Source of the DNA: an uncultured virus (IMG/VR IMGVR_UViG_2778261562_000001)
Taxonomy: Duplodnaviria; Heunggongvirae; Uroviricota; Caudoviricetes
Virus record (IMG/VR): IMGVR_UViG_2778261562_000001
Strand: one strand, 5' to 3'
DNA length: 26,627 bases
Below the pieces are notes generated by a model. The model saw only the letters and a list, made by a program, of their open reading frames with translations, made no database searches and was not told the origin of the DNA. How positions within the stretch are numbered: the first letter of the stretch is position 1; every line of letters begins with the position of its first letter. The position numbers and the translations under genes were made by a program. Shown one piece after another: positions 9,629 through 19,611 of the stretch.

Positions 9629-10735
9629 CTATATTTCACTTAATGCTTCATCCTCATCGAAATTATCAGCGATTTCCTTAGATGCCTGATTAAAATCGTA
9701 AGGAATGATGCTACCTTGTGAAAGATTGTTCAAAAACCATATTGAACCAATATTACCATGCCTAGCTTTTAACAAAAGCAAATGCATAACTCTTAATGGT
9801 CTTCCTTCATGCATCACAATAGTAGGAAGTTTATTAGGCCCATATTGTTCTAATTGCAATAAAGCAGGTTGAGTAAGAACAAAAACAGAATCACAAGCAT
9901 TATACAATTGTCCTTGAGCATAAATATCAGATTTTTTAGGAAACTGTAAAGAAGGAGTTAAAAGACGCTTAGGGTCTTCAATATTATTGTTAAGTTGACC
10001 TACAAGATTAACCATAGCTTCACAACGTTTTCTAATAGCAATAACTACTTTACCAACGTTAGCCATTAAACTCATAACATCTTTCTCTTCCAACTTCTCT
10101 ATTAATAGAGTATGGTCAATATTTACTATGATTCTAACTTTAGGATTAATATACCTTTTATGTTTATCCATTTTACAACCTTGATTATAATGATTATAAA
10201 GTTGTAGAACAGTATTATAGATAACTACCATATTAGTAGGTATCTCATAAAAGATAATATTCTTATTAGAATAATACTCCATCCATGCATCTACTTGAGC
10301 AAGTTCTTCATCAGTAAGAGTATTATATTCTCCTGTAGCTTTATTGTACTCACTACTTAACAAATAGTTATAGCTAAGACCTAAATCCTTAGCACATACT
10401 CTAAGAACTTCATTATGACTAGACATTTCAAAGCAAAAATGAGCAATTAAAACACCAAAATTAACACCACTATTAATTTTAGGATTTATAAAATCATCAC
10501 TAAGAAGACCAAGAAGATAAGACTTACCACTACCTGATAATCCAGCCCAAAGATTTACATTATTAAATCTAAAGTACTTTCTCATAGCAATGTTAAGACT
10601 ATCAAACTTAGATTTTACTCCAAGTTGTTCTCCTGACCTTTCTTCTTCTATCATTTGTCTAGCTACTTTAACAGCTTCTCTAGCTGAAATAGGTGTAGCT
10701 ACAATCGGTTGTTCCTTCTCTAAATTGTCTGCCAT
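9629..10735 (-). CDS. dnaB: DnaB-like replicative helicase (SF4)
   Basis: Walker A GLSGSGKS, FEMS, IDHTLL, GQLN and KARHG motifs. Confidence 0.9.
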   Translation of the reverse strand: MADNLEKEQPIVATPISAREAVKVARQMIEEERSGEQLGVKSKFDSLNIAMRKYFRFNNVNLWAGLSGSGKSYLLGLLSDDFINPKINSGVNFGVLIAHFCFEMSSHNEVLRVCAKDLGLSYNYLLSSEYNKATGEYNTLTDEELAQVDAWMEYYSNKNIIFYEIPTNMVVIYNTVLQLYNHYNQGCKMDKHKRYINPKVRIIVNIDHTLLIEKLEEKDVMSLMANVGKVVIAIRKRCEAMVNLVGQLNNNIEDPKRLLTPSLQFPKKSDIYAQGQLYNACDSVFVLTQPALLQLEQYGPNKLPTIVMHEGRPLRVMHLLLLKARHGNIGSIWFLNNLSQGSIIPYDFNQASKEIADNFDEDEALSEI

Positions 10736-10738
10736 TAT

Positions 10739-11290
10739 TTAAAAATCTGTATAAGTATTACTAGTAATTGCAGTTGACTCACTTTCCTTTCTTAAAGGGC
10801 GAAAGGCTTTCCATTGTTCNGATTGCAGAAACTTAGTAAGACCTATAGTAATTAAATCCTCTTTAATAGCGAATTTAATATCTTTAAGAACTTCATTGTG
10901 NTCATCAATACTTCCATTAATTTTACCAATATAAATATTAGCAAATTCAATCCTATCCATAGCAGTTAAAGGAATATTGACACCATTACTTATAATAAAA
11001 GATGGATATATATTATATATTTCATCTGTAATAGTATGCTTATTAGCATACGCTTCTACAAACTTCTTACCTAATTTATATCCATTAGTAGTTTTAACCA
11101 TAAAATTTCTATTAATAAGGTCATCTACTAAGTATTGAGGTATCATACTACCATCTTCTGTAGGAAAGGCATTTTTGTACTCTTTAATCAAATCCACTCT
11201 ACTCTTATAAATAAGATGTAATAGTAAGAATTGGGTTTGTGTAAGTCTATGTTTAATCATAAACTTTACATAAGGCTCTTCTGTAATCAT
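10739..11290 (-). CDS. Hypothetical protein, possible winged-helix initiator or helicase loader
   Basis: LTQTQFLLLHLI...DDLINRNFM...GYKL is wHTH-like; EIYNIYP segment; directly upstream of dnaB. Start is 11305 or 11290. Confidence 0.65.
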   Translation of the reverse strand: MITEEPYVKFMIKHRLTQTQFLLLHLIYKSRVDLIKEYKNAFPTEDGSMIPQYLVDDLINRNFMVKTTNGYKLGKKFVEAYANKHTITDEIYNIYPSFIISNGVNIPLTAMDRIEFANIYIGKINGSIDXHNEVLKDIKFAIKEDLITIGLTKFLQXEQWKAFRPLRKESESTAITSNTYTDF

Positions 11291-11291
11291 G

Positions 11292-12734
11292 TCATAAAAC
11301 GTCATTTAAGTTAAACTCTTCTTTTAATTTAGCATTGAAGTCAATTTCATCTACACTATCAACCCAAAACATAGGATTAGTAGATTTAGACTGTCTTGTA
11401 TGTAGCCATTTCTCATCAACTGTATCTTTAATATAAATATTAATGATAAGCTTTTGACCATCTTTAATAAAAGCATCTTTAGGTTTACGTTTAATCCTAC
11501 CACTTCGTTGACGTTGTTTATTAAAGTTAGAAGTACTACTAATAATAATACCAATAACAATATCATCAACATCAAAACCAGTATCTAAAGAAGAGCCTGT
11601 AGCTATTACTTTAGATATACCTGTTTTAATACGATTNATAGCACGTTTTTTAAGTCTAGTAGAACCAAACTTAATAAGTTTACCAGTCTTAGGACTAGGA
11701 AGTAATTGAGTAGGAAGATTAGAGTGATAAGCAACACAATAACCCGGTATTTGTTTATTAAGAAANTCTTCTACTAAATCAGCAGCTTTAGTCTTTTCAG
11801 CAAATACCATAGTTTTAACTCCTTTATATTTCTCAATAATATCTAAAGTAGCTTGTACNTTAGATTCNGAAACATAAAGCATATCTTTCCTAAGTCTAAT
11901 AGCTTTCATCAAAGTAACAGCATAATTCATAATNTTATTAGGATTCCAAAGCTCTTCAATTTGAGCTTCATTAGAATTACGCATATCTAAATTACTTCTC
12001 CATCCTTTATACTTAGCCCAACCAAAAAGAAAGTGAGCAGCTTCATATTGTTTACCTTTGTATGTACCACCGTTTAAACAACTAGTAGCTAAATCAAGGT
12101 TACGATCGAATTTGTTAAGATGTGTTTTAATAACATCTGAATATTTATCATAAAGCTGCTTTTCTTTCTCATTTAGTTCTATACCTAAATTAAACTCTTT
12201 ATAATCAGATATAAAACCTTTTTCAATAGCTTCCTTTTCAGATATAGTATCTATTACAGGATAGAGGTCTTTATAAACTTTATGACGACCTTTAGGGTCT
12301 TCATAAGTTGCGGTTAAAGCTAAATGATTAGTAGCTCTAATTAATTCGCCATTAATAGTAGTGATAAGACCTTCACCTAAAAATAAATGAAGCTCATCTA
12401 CAACTAATGTATTAGTAGATGCTTTTATCTGATTTTGTAGAACATAAAAAGCACTGAATACAGTTACCCGTTTTAAATCTTTAACAGGTAACTGTTTTCT
12501 TAACTCATCTTCCCATTGTTTAATAAGAGCTTCTAAAGGAACAAGAACTATAATATTATGAAGAGGCTCTTGTAAAAGTCTTTTCATAATAAGAACAGCN
12601 GTATAAGTCTTACCTACACCAGTAGCATANTTTATNCAACCTTTNCTATCTTTATCAGCACCGTATTGNGAACTNTTGAACCACTTATCAGAACCTATAA
12701 GTTGCCTTTCAAGTTTAAGAGCATCTACTTTCAT
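11292..12734 (-). CDS. Superfamily 2 DExH helicase
   Basis: ATGVGKT, VVDELH, LTAT, TGFDV and QRSGRIKR motifs. Confidence 0.9.
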   Translation of the reverse strand: MKVDALKLERQLIGSDKWFXSXQYGADKDXKGXIXYATGVGKTYXAVLIMKRLLQEPLHNIIVLVPLEALIKQWEDELRKQLPVKDLKRVTVFSAFYVLQNQIKASTNTLVVDELHLFLGEGLITTINGELIRATNHLALTATYEDPKGRHKVYKDLYPVIDTISEKEAIEKGFISDYKEFNLGIELNEKEKQLYDKYSDVIKTHLNKFDRNLDLATSCLNGGTYKGKQYEAAHFLFGWAKYKGWRSNLDMRNSNEAQIEELWNPNXIMNYAVTLMKAIRLRKDMLYVXESXVQATLDIIEKYKGVKTMVFAEKTKAADLVEXFLNKQIPGYCVAYHSNLPTQLLPSPKTGKLIKFGSTRLKKRAXNRIKTGISKVIATGSSLDTGFDVDDIVIGIIISSTSNFNKQRQRSGRIKRKPKDAFIKDGQKLIINIYIKDTVDEKWLHTRQSKSTNPMFWVDSVDEIDFNAKLKEEFNLNDVL

Positions 12735-12743
12735 AATGTATTA

Positions 12744-13187
12744 TTAATCTTCTCTATTAAAAGTTCTACCACCTCTACAAGTAGGCCCCATACCAAACTC
12801 TATAGATGTTAAATCTGTTAGAGTTCTATTACATTTCATACATTTACCTGTATGACTAAGTTCAACAACTTCAAGAAGTTTATCTATCTGATTAGTGTAG
12901 ATTAAATTAAGAATCATAGCACCACCTTTATGAGAATCTTTAGTAAGATTAATCTTNTTAATGTTATCATCAAAGATATAATAAAAACCTTTAAAAGTTT
13001 GATACATACCTTCAATAGCAATGCCTACAATCCTAGTTTTCCTTTTAGTATCTGCAAAGATTTTATAAGTATAATCAACGCCTGTTCTAATAGATTTACA
13101 AACTATTACACAACTTACAGATTCTTCACGATTTCTAAGATGTTCAGATAGAAGTTCAATAGCTTCTTTACTAATTTGTTTTCTCAT
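12744..13187 (-). CDS. DUF6011-like zinc-binding protein
   Basis: C-terminal GKCMKCNRTLTDLTSIEFGMGPTC; SIRTGVDYTYKI near the N-terminus. Confidence 0.75.
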   Translation of the reverse strand: MRKQISKEAIELLSEHLRNREESVSCVIVCKSIRTGVDYTYKIFADTKRKTRIVGIAIEGMYQTFKGFYYIFDDNIXKINLTKDSHKGGAMILNLIYTNQIDKLLEVVELSHTGKCMKCNRTLTDLTSIEFGMGPTCRGGRTFNRED

Positions 13188-13488
13188 GCTCTACTTTTTT
13201 AAAATGTTCAGCTAAATAAGGGTTACGAATCGACACCTCTACTCCTTCTATCGGGGATAGGTAAAGTACCTCTACTATCATATCTCCTAAGTCAGCTTCA
13301 TAACACTTTTCTACTTTAATCTTTTTCCCTTTAATAAGAGAATGTGAGTTATTGTACCTTACATGATTTTCATCTAAGGTAACAGTATCGCCTACATTAA
13401 AAGTAGGAACATAAACAACAGCATCAGCACTTTGTTCAGGTTTTTCTTTAGTCTCTTCTTTAGAAGAGGTTAAACTTTTTAATTTCAT
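13171..13488 (-). CDS. Hypothetical protein, possible SH3/KOW-like fold
   Basis: FNVGDTVTL motif; N-terminus MKLKSLTS. Confidence 0.7.
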   Translation of the reverse strand: MKLKSLTSSKEETKEKPEQSADAVVYVPTFNVGDTVTLDENHVRYNNSHSLIKGKKIKVEKCYEADLGDMIVEVLYLSPIEGVEVSIRNPYLAEHFKKVEHEKTN

Positions 13489-13504
13489 AATTATTTATTT
13501 AAAA

Positions 13505-14129
13505 TCACTTCGTCCAAAACGGCTCAACACTATAATCAACATCAATAGTTACACCATCTAAATACCTATTAAAAGTATTTATCATTAATAAACGTTTAAC
13601 TTCAGGAAATGACAATCCTGAAGTAGTTTCTCCTGAATCATTAGTAAAAGATAATCCTTTAGGATTAGCAGCAATCCATTTTTTCCATTCTTCACTTTTA
13701 CCATCTAAATACTTCTTATGTTTATCGACAATTTCATCGTGTACCCATTTAAGTATTACTGCTGGTATATTATGCTTTTTAATATAGTTATATAAGTCAA
13801 TAGTAGCTTCTTTAATAGCATCAGCTTGAGTACCTTGAATACGTATATTTCTTGCTTCGTTTTGTTCTTTACTTACAGCTCTAAAGTTTTCTNTNTAATT
13901 AAGTTTACCTTTAATAACTGANATAATAAGAGGAAACCAAGCTCTAGAATTAGTACGTTTATTCAATATAACATAACCATTAGCACTAGCAAAGTTAGCA
14001 GCATCTTCAACCATTTTAAATACTTTAGGAAACAATGCCTTAATAGTATCTATAACAATTTGACCTTCTTCTTTACTTACTCTTAGAGACTTACCAGCTT
14101 TAGATGCATACATACCATATATTGTACCA
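13505..14129 (-). CDS. polA: DNA polymerase family A, exon 2
   Basis: (F)GTIYGM end of motif B, RNIRIQGTQAD and motif C WVHDEIV. Joins exon 1 in frame, giving 804 aa spliced. Confidence 0.92.
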
Positions 14130-14368
14130 CAGTTTGTTAACGTAAAGGCTCTTTATCCTTTACTTCTTATACTTTACCATTGTATAAGCTCGGACTATAT
14201 CATCATCCCATAAGGATGTCCTGCGCTCGTGGGTATTTACCAACTTCAACATTACTTGTTAAGTCTCCATTACCTAGTCTCTGAACCTTACTAATATTTC
14301 TATTAGTCTTGGATGCTGATTGTCCTTTAGGCGGATTTCCAGCAATTCACAGGATTGTCATATTTACA

Positions 14369-15172
14369 TTACTGTAAATAGCGTCTGATTTGTTCTTCTT
14401 TTCTATTTAAATATAAATTAGTATTATTATAAAAATTATTATAGATAAGTTTAATAGTTGGTTTACCTCCTAAAAAATAAAAATCAATTGTTGTACTATT
14501 AGTAGCTTTATATTTAGCAGAAAATTTAATATTTTTTTCCCTACAAAAATCAGCTAATTGTTTAGCTAAATTATACGAACCTGTAGTTATTTTAAATCGT
14601 TCTTGACTAAAACTACCATCAGCATCGAATAAACCTCTCAATATATTCCAATTAATAGGTTGAGTAAACATTAAAGTTTTTGATTTTTTAGTTGTTAAAC
14701 CTCTATAATATAAATAATTATAAGCACCTTTATGTGAAAATGTAGCTACATAATGTATAGCTGTAATTCTTTCTACTTTAGTAATAGATACACCTTCTCC
14801 AATAAAGTTCTTAAAATTTTCTATAATTTCTAAATCATTACTACCAATTTGAATTTGTTTTTTAGTAGGATGTAAATAACCGTCTCCTGCAATAAAACCT
14901 ACCCAATAGTCAATTTCAGATTTATCCTTATTTATAAAAGGATTTTTAAATACTTTTTGAGTTGCATAACCTCTTCCTTTAGTTTTCAAATTATTAGCTT
15001 TAAAAACTCTAGCAACAGTTTTTTCGTGTAAATTAAATTTATTTGCAACAGCTTTAATAGTATGTAATTCTAAATAAGAATTATACATTTCTTTAACAGG
15101 ATAATCAATATTTGAAAACTGATTCTTTCCTTCTGAATTTTTGACTTGATTTGTTAATGATTTCATTTTCAT
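14369..15172 (-). CDS. Intron-encoded double-motif LAGLIDADG homing endonuclease with N-terminal HTH
   Basis: YWVGFIAGDG and ILRGLFDADG motifs; TIKAVANKFNLHEKTVARVF is HTH-like. Confidence 0.9.
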   Translation of the reverse strand: MKMKSLTNQVKNSEGKNQFSNIDYPVKEMYNSYLELHTIKAVANKFNLHEKTVARVFKANNLKTKGRGYATQKVFKNPFINKDKSEIDYWVGFIAGDGYLHPTKKQIQIGSNDLEIIENFKNFIGEGVSITKVERITAIHYVATFSHKGAYNYLYYRGLTTKKSKTLMFTQPINWNILRGLFDADGSFSQERFKITTGSYNLAKQLADFCREKNIKFSAKYKATNSTTIDFYFLGGKPTIKLIYNNFYNNTNLYLNRKEEQIRRYLQ

Positions 15173-15193
15173 AATATTACGTTTAATTTAATT

Positions 15194-15205
15194 GTAAAGA
15201 TACAA
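15194..15205 (-). promoter_or_regulatory. Candidate intron-internal promoter for the endonuclease (TTGTATCTTTAC)
   Basis: Ends 21 nt before ATG 15172; near-identical to 9555-9566; resembles the Bacteroidota -7 box. Confidence 0.45.
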
Positions 15206-15216
15206 ATTTTTCTTTA

Positions 15217-17006
15217 AACGTCATTGGTTTGAAGTCAGTTCTTACTTTACCTCCTTCAGTCAATTTATTAACAATATATGATTGTGATAAAAGTATAAGG
15301 TCATTGATAGCATCATTACAATCTTTGATACTATCTTTATTACTTAATCCATTTCCTTTTGTTTTTAAATGTTCTAATTGTTTTTTCTTGTTCTTAGCTC
15401 TATAAGCATAGATATTTCTCCAACATGCTTGAGCCACATAACTATGCATATCACCTTTAGATATTTCTAAAAGTTTCATATCTTTAGATAGAGAACTCAT
15501 TACTATAAGTTCTGCACCACTATAATCATGTGTACCAATACTCCAACCTTCAGGAGCAATAAAACAGTTACGCATAGCTTTAGCCCAAGAAGCTTTACTA
15601 GGTATATTTTGAGCATTGATTTTATCAGGCTCTTTTTTACCTCCACCAGATTGCATACGACCAGTATCAGCAGCAGCTTGTCTATAAATAGAATGCAGTT
15701 TACCTGTAATAGGGTTTATCTTATTAATAACATTAGCACCAAAAGTACTAATGGCAGTAGATAAAGACCTATGGTCTAACAACATATCTATAAATGGTAT
15801 CATTATAGAGTTAGGTAGCATACTTTTATAAAGAATAAAATACTCTTCTTTAGTAGTATAACTATAATCTCTATTAAGTTTACCATTCTTTTTAAACTGT
15901 GGTATAAGTAGATTTTCAGAACTATCCATAACAGGTTCTTCCAATCTACCAAACAGTTCTAAGATTTGAGTATCACTAGAGTAATTAATATTATTAGGAG
16001 AATCTTTAATCTTAACAGTAGTTTTAGCTTTACTACCTAGATAAGTATTAGTCTTCATAGGTTCTCCAAATAGATTTAAACTATTTACAGTACCATCATC
16101 ATTAAATAAATCATATTCAGGATTATGAATACGTTTATTATCCCATTTACCCCCTTTAAGATAAACACTTTTATCAGGTTCATTCTTAAACTTAGTATCC
16201 CTAAGTCTACGAACCTCTTCATCCATCTTACATTCTAACTCAAATCTATCTGCTTTATTTTTATCATAAACTTTAAGCCAACCTTCCTTATCAAAATCCC
16301 AACCTTCAACTTCAGCTTCAGCTATAATAGGTATAAGTGGAAATTCTATACGACTTAATAGATTAACCATCTTATACCTATTTAAATGATGTATCTGTCT
16401 ATTCTTAATATGGAACAGCTTATCAATATCACCTATAGTATAATAGATGTGTCTAGGTAAAACTTTAAATTTATGAACATCACAACCTATAAATTCTTCT
16501 CTAATACTTTTATCACTTTGTTCAGGATAAACATTAAGATAACGTTGAAATAAATCACTAAGAGCAAAACCTATACCGGACTTCATATAAAGTCTTTGTT
16601 CAGCAATCATAGTATCATATACATACGACAAAGCCGTAGCATCCTCTGTGAGCGTGAATTTTAGGTCAAACTTGATATTATGGCCTAGAAATCTAAAGAA
16701 CTGCTGTGCATAGCGTATGTACTTACGGAAGGTACAATAAGGAGTATGAAAAAGGAATTGAGTATGTTGGTCACCAAGTACTTTTAAAATAGTACTATTC
16801 ATCCAAGCATCAAGGCCATTAGATTCAACATCATAACCAATATACTTACAATCATTATTACTCTCTTGTTCAAAAGAACGTTTAGCAGCCCAATTCTTAA
16901 ATAGTTTAAAAGTACTATCATTATCAGGCAAAACAGTAACATCAGGACATATATTTTTAGTGTAATATTCCAAATGATAAGGACAATTAGTTATAAAGTA
17001 AATCAT
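15217..17006 (-). CDS. polA: DNA polymerase family A, exon 1 (3'-5' exonuclease and polymerase motif A)
   Basis: ExoI YDVESNG, ExoII GHNIKFD, ExoIII YTIGDI, TGRMQS, NAQNIP, motif A DYSGAEL, DMHS, start of motif B RTDFKPMTF. Unspliced, it reads on to TAA at 15183. Confidence 0.93.
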
Positions 17007-17009
17007 ATA

Positions 17010-17258
17010 TTAAAAATTTGTAGTAGATTCTGAAAATTCAACATCTATAAAAGTAAGACCTTTACTTTTTTGGTCTTTTAAATAAGTTATAAAATTATCA
17101 CAACCTGAAGCTTTTTTAAAATAGATAGTTCCAGTCTTGTTTACAAAACTAATTCTAACACAACTTTTAGAAGGAGTATTATCAAACATAGCACAAGCAT
17201 TATCTGTTACAAAAGTTCTTATAGATACAACCTTATCAAGGTTAATATAATTAGCCAT
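17010..17258 (-). CDS. Hypothetical protein
   Basis: 82-aa ORF, tightly packed in the operon. Confidence 0.7.
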   Translation of the reverse strand: MANYINLDKVVSIRTFVTDNACAMFDNTPSKSCVRISFVNKTGTIYFKKASGCDNFITYLKDQKSKGLTFIDVEFSESTTNF

Positions 17259-17260
17259 AA

Positions 17261-17566
17261 TTAAAAAGGTATATAGTTAGTAGTTCTTTTATTCTCAAGT
17301 CTATGAAATTCCATTAGAATCATATAAGTGAGTAGAGTATCATAATCAATCTTAGTAGGATAAAGAATATTATAATATGCAATAGCATCTACAATAGGAA
17401 CTTCTTTATACTCTAAGAATTTGATAAGTATGGGTATCTTAAAAGTAACAGGATAAGTCATAAATTGTTTAAACTTATTCACATCTTTTTTAAGATACAC
17501 ATACAACCATTCTCTAAACTCCTTAAACGTATTGGAACTTTTGGGTAGGGTTTCGTTCAAATTCAT
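17261..17566 (-). CDS. Hypothetical protein
   Basis: 101-aa ORF ending in IPF. Confidence 0.7.
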   Translation of the reverse strand: MNLNETLPKSSNTFKEFREWLYVYLKKDVNKFKQFMTYPVTFKIPILIKFLEYKEVPIVDAIAYYNILYPTKIDYDTLLTYMILMEFHRLENKRTTNYIPF

Positions 17567-17843
17567 CTATAAGGAAATTTATCTCTTCTTTAACAGGTTT
17601 ATCAAATGTTTTATATTCCTCCATGTGAGCATAAAAGTCTTCTTCACCTCTAGTATTAGTTTCTTCTAATCTTTCCGCATAGTTCATTGCAAAGATTCTT
17701 AAACCTCTTTCACCTTGGTCATATTTGATATAGTCTTCTAAACTATCACCAGCAATAACAGTTACAAATGTATCTACAACAGTAGACCATACAAGATAAT
17801 ATTTTTTATCATCTTTAGTTGTTTTAATAATTATGTGAGCCAT
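17523..17843 (-). CDS. Hypothetical protein
   Basis: 106 aa; contains YLVWSTVVD; abuts the upstream stop codon. Confidence 0.7.
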   Translation of the reverse strand: MAHIIIKTTKDDKKYYLVWSTVVDTFVTVIAGDSLEDYIKYDQGERGLRIFAMNYAERLEETNTRGEEDFYAHMEEYKTFDKPVKEEINFLIDEFERNPTQKFQYV

Positions 17844-18149
17844 TTAAGTACGTTTTAAGTGATTAATTATAGCTTGTTCAATTGCTTCTTCATTAGTAGT
17901 AGAATCTATCTTCATAAACTCTTCTAAAGTAAGACCATAAGCTATACCTTCTTTTTTAAGTTTAGGTACAACTACAGGTAGAAAGTAATGATGCCATGAA
18001 GCNTCACCCCATAGCTCAAGTATATGCATCTCATATTCTCTAATACCACCTACAAATATAAATCTATTTGCAGAGTACTTATATTTAAGAATATAATAAA
18101 TACCATTATACTTATATCGAATCGTAGTAAATCTTCTTTCAAATTCCAT
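17844..18149 (-). CDS. Hypothetical protein
   Basis: ORF with likely ATG start at 18149, just after a terminator. Confidence 0.65.
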   Translation of the reverse strand: MEFERRFTTIRYKYNGIYYILKYKYSANRFIFVGGIREYEMHILELWGXASWHHYFLPVVVPKLKKEGIAYGLTLEEFMKIDSTTNEEAIEQAIINHLKRT

Positions 18150-18153
18150 AATC

Positions 18154-18204
18154 AAAAAAGCACCTCTTCACTATAAGTTCCCACAACTTACAGCTAGAGG
18201 TGCT
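18154..18204 (-). terminator. Intrinsic terminator with extended stem
   Basis: AGCACCUCU...AGAGGUGCUUUUUU with inner UAAGUU/AACUUA helix, downstream of the dda-like gene. Confidence 0.75.
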
Positions 18205-18223
18205 CTACTTAAATTACAACAAC

Positions 18224-19609
18224 CTAACCATTACGTCTTGCTAATATTATATTCTCATTAGTCATACGACTTAAAGCAACATAAGCTAGACGTTTTCTTT
18301 CTTCAATAGTAGAATTACCATAGATATTATTTAAGTTAACAGCAGAATTAACATAAGTACTACCTTGAGATTTATGAACAGTACTACCATAACCATAATA
18401 CAAATCTCTACTTGCTACAAGGTCAGAATAATACTTGGCAGTTAAACCTGTACATTGACCTTTATAGATATTATAGAGTAATAAATGATTTTCTTTAAAA
18501 GCATAGAATGCTTTAAAAAGTCTTCTGATTCTTTGAGCACTAGCTAAAAGACTATCATAAACTTTAATATACTCATGGTATTGATAAGGGTCTACAACAA
18601 ATATTTCAGTCTTAGAACCTTCAGGAGTTCTCATAGTAATATAATACCCCGGAATTTTAAAAGAAGATTCTCCTTTTACAAAACTCTCAATAACATAATC
18701 TTCACTGTTTTCAATAAGAACACCTGTCTTAGTATAAACAGTATTATGACCAATAAGNGGCTCTCCTTCAGCAAAAGGNTCTTCATTAGGAAGTTTAAAA
18801 ATATGATTCCTAATACCTTTACACCATGCTTCTACACTCTTATTAGTCCAAGCAAGATACTTAATATAATCTTTATTACTTAAGTATTCAGGGTCAGTAT
18901 ATTTGTTTAATATAGCAGAACCAAAATCTACATTATTAACAACATGATAACCCATATCAGTAGTAAGATTAGTACCTTTAGCTAATAATTTAGATAACAT
19001 TGTATCGTTACCTGTTTCAATATCCCTTCTACATAGTAATAGTAACCTAGTATTAGGATTTTCAAAAGATTGTCTAACAACAGTTTTAAGTGTAAACTTA
19101 TGCTTGACATTTACAAAGACTTTACTAACATGCTCATTAACAGGTGGCAATTGATATGAATCACCTAGAAATAATATCTTAACATTATATGCAGCAGCTC
19201 TTTTAACAATAAGGTCAAAAGCATCAGCATTGAGCATACTAGATTCATCTATAATTAATATTTTATAACTACCAATAGTCTCTTCACCCAAAGGGTCAAA
19301 TTGAGGCTTATTAATATCAAACTTTTCTAAAAGTACATTAGGTCTTAAACCTAATATTCTTTGAACAGTTTCGCTCTTAAATCCAGTAATGTTTTGTATA
19401 GTTTTCTTAGCCTTATGAGTAGGAGCAGATACACCTACACCACCAGTACCAATTTCTTTAATGAAATATCTCATTACTGTAGTCTTACCTGTTCCAGCAG
19501 GCCCTTCTAGGACTGCAAACAGGTCATTAGCGTCATCAAATGGCAAATCAATCCATTTAAATAGACCATCTAATGCTTTCTTTTGACATTCAGTATGTTC
19601 TATAGTCAT
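18224..19609 (-). CDS. dda: Dda/RecD-like SF1B helicase
   Basis: GPAGTGKT, APTHKA, IIDESSM, GDSYQLPPV, TVHKSQGST and YVALSR motifs. Confidence 0.92.
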   Translation of the reverse strand: MTIEHTECQKKALDGLFKWIDLPFDDANDLFAVLEGPAGTGKTTVMRYFIKEIGTGGVGVSAPTHKAKKTIQNITGFKSETVQRILGLRPNVLLEKFDINKPQFDPLGEETIGSYKILIIDESSMLNADAFDLIVKRAAAYNVKILFLGDSYQLPPVNEHVSKVFVNVKHKFTLKTVVRQSFENPNTRLLLLCRRDIETGNDTMLSKLLAKGTNLTTDMGYHVVNNVDFGSAILNKYTDPEYLSNKDYIKYLAWTNKSVEAWCKGIRNHIFKLPNEXPFAEGEXLIGHNTVYTKTGVLIENSEDYVIESFVKGESSFKIPGYYITMRTPEGSKTEIFVVDPYQYHEYIKVYDSLLASAQRIRRLFKAFYAFKENHLLLYNIYKGQCTGLTAKYYSDLVASRDLYYGYGSTVHKSQGSTYVNSAVNLNNIYGNSTIEERKRLAYVALSRMTNENIILARRNG

Positions 19610-19611
19610 TA

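Larger units (their letters stand above)
14130..15216 (-). mobile_element. Group I intron (IA-like, 1087 nt) in polA, carrying a homing endonuclease
   Basis: P AAUUGCUGGAAA (14347-14336), Q AAUCAGCA (14321-14314), R GUUCAGAGACUA (14286-14275), S AUGAUAUAGUCC (14203-14192). P3 UCCUGUG/CGCAGGA, P6 with GAAA loop, extra helix between P7 and P3', P8 and P9 hairpins, terminal G at 14130. Removal restores KPMTFGTIYG. Confidence 0.93.

Noticed and set aside
14114..15216. Intein, frameshift or pseudogene explanation for the split polA
   Set aside because: There are in-frame stops and no Cys/His-Asn intein ends, whereas the full group I core and an exact in-frame splice are present.
15179..15221. Local 8-bp stem as the true P1
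   Set aside because: It lacks the U.G pair at the splice site and cannot form P10; AUCAGACG at 14389-14382 does both.
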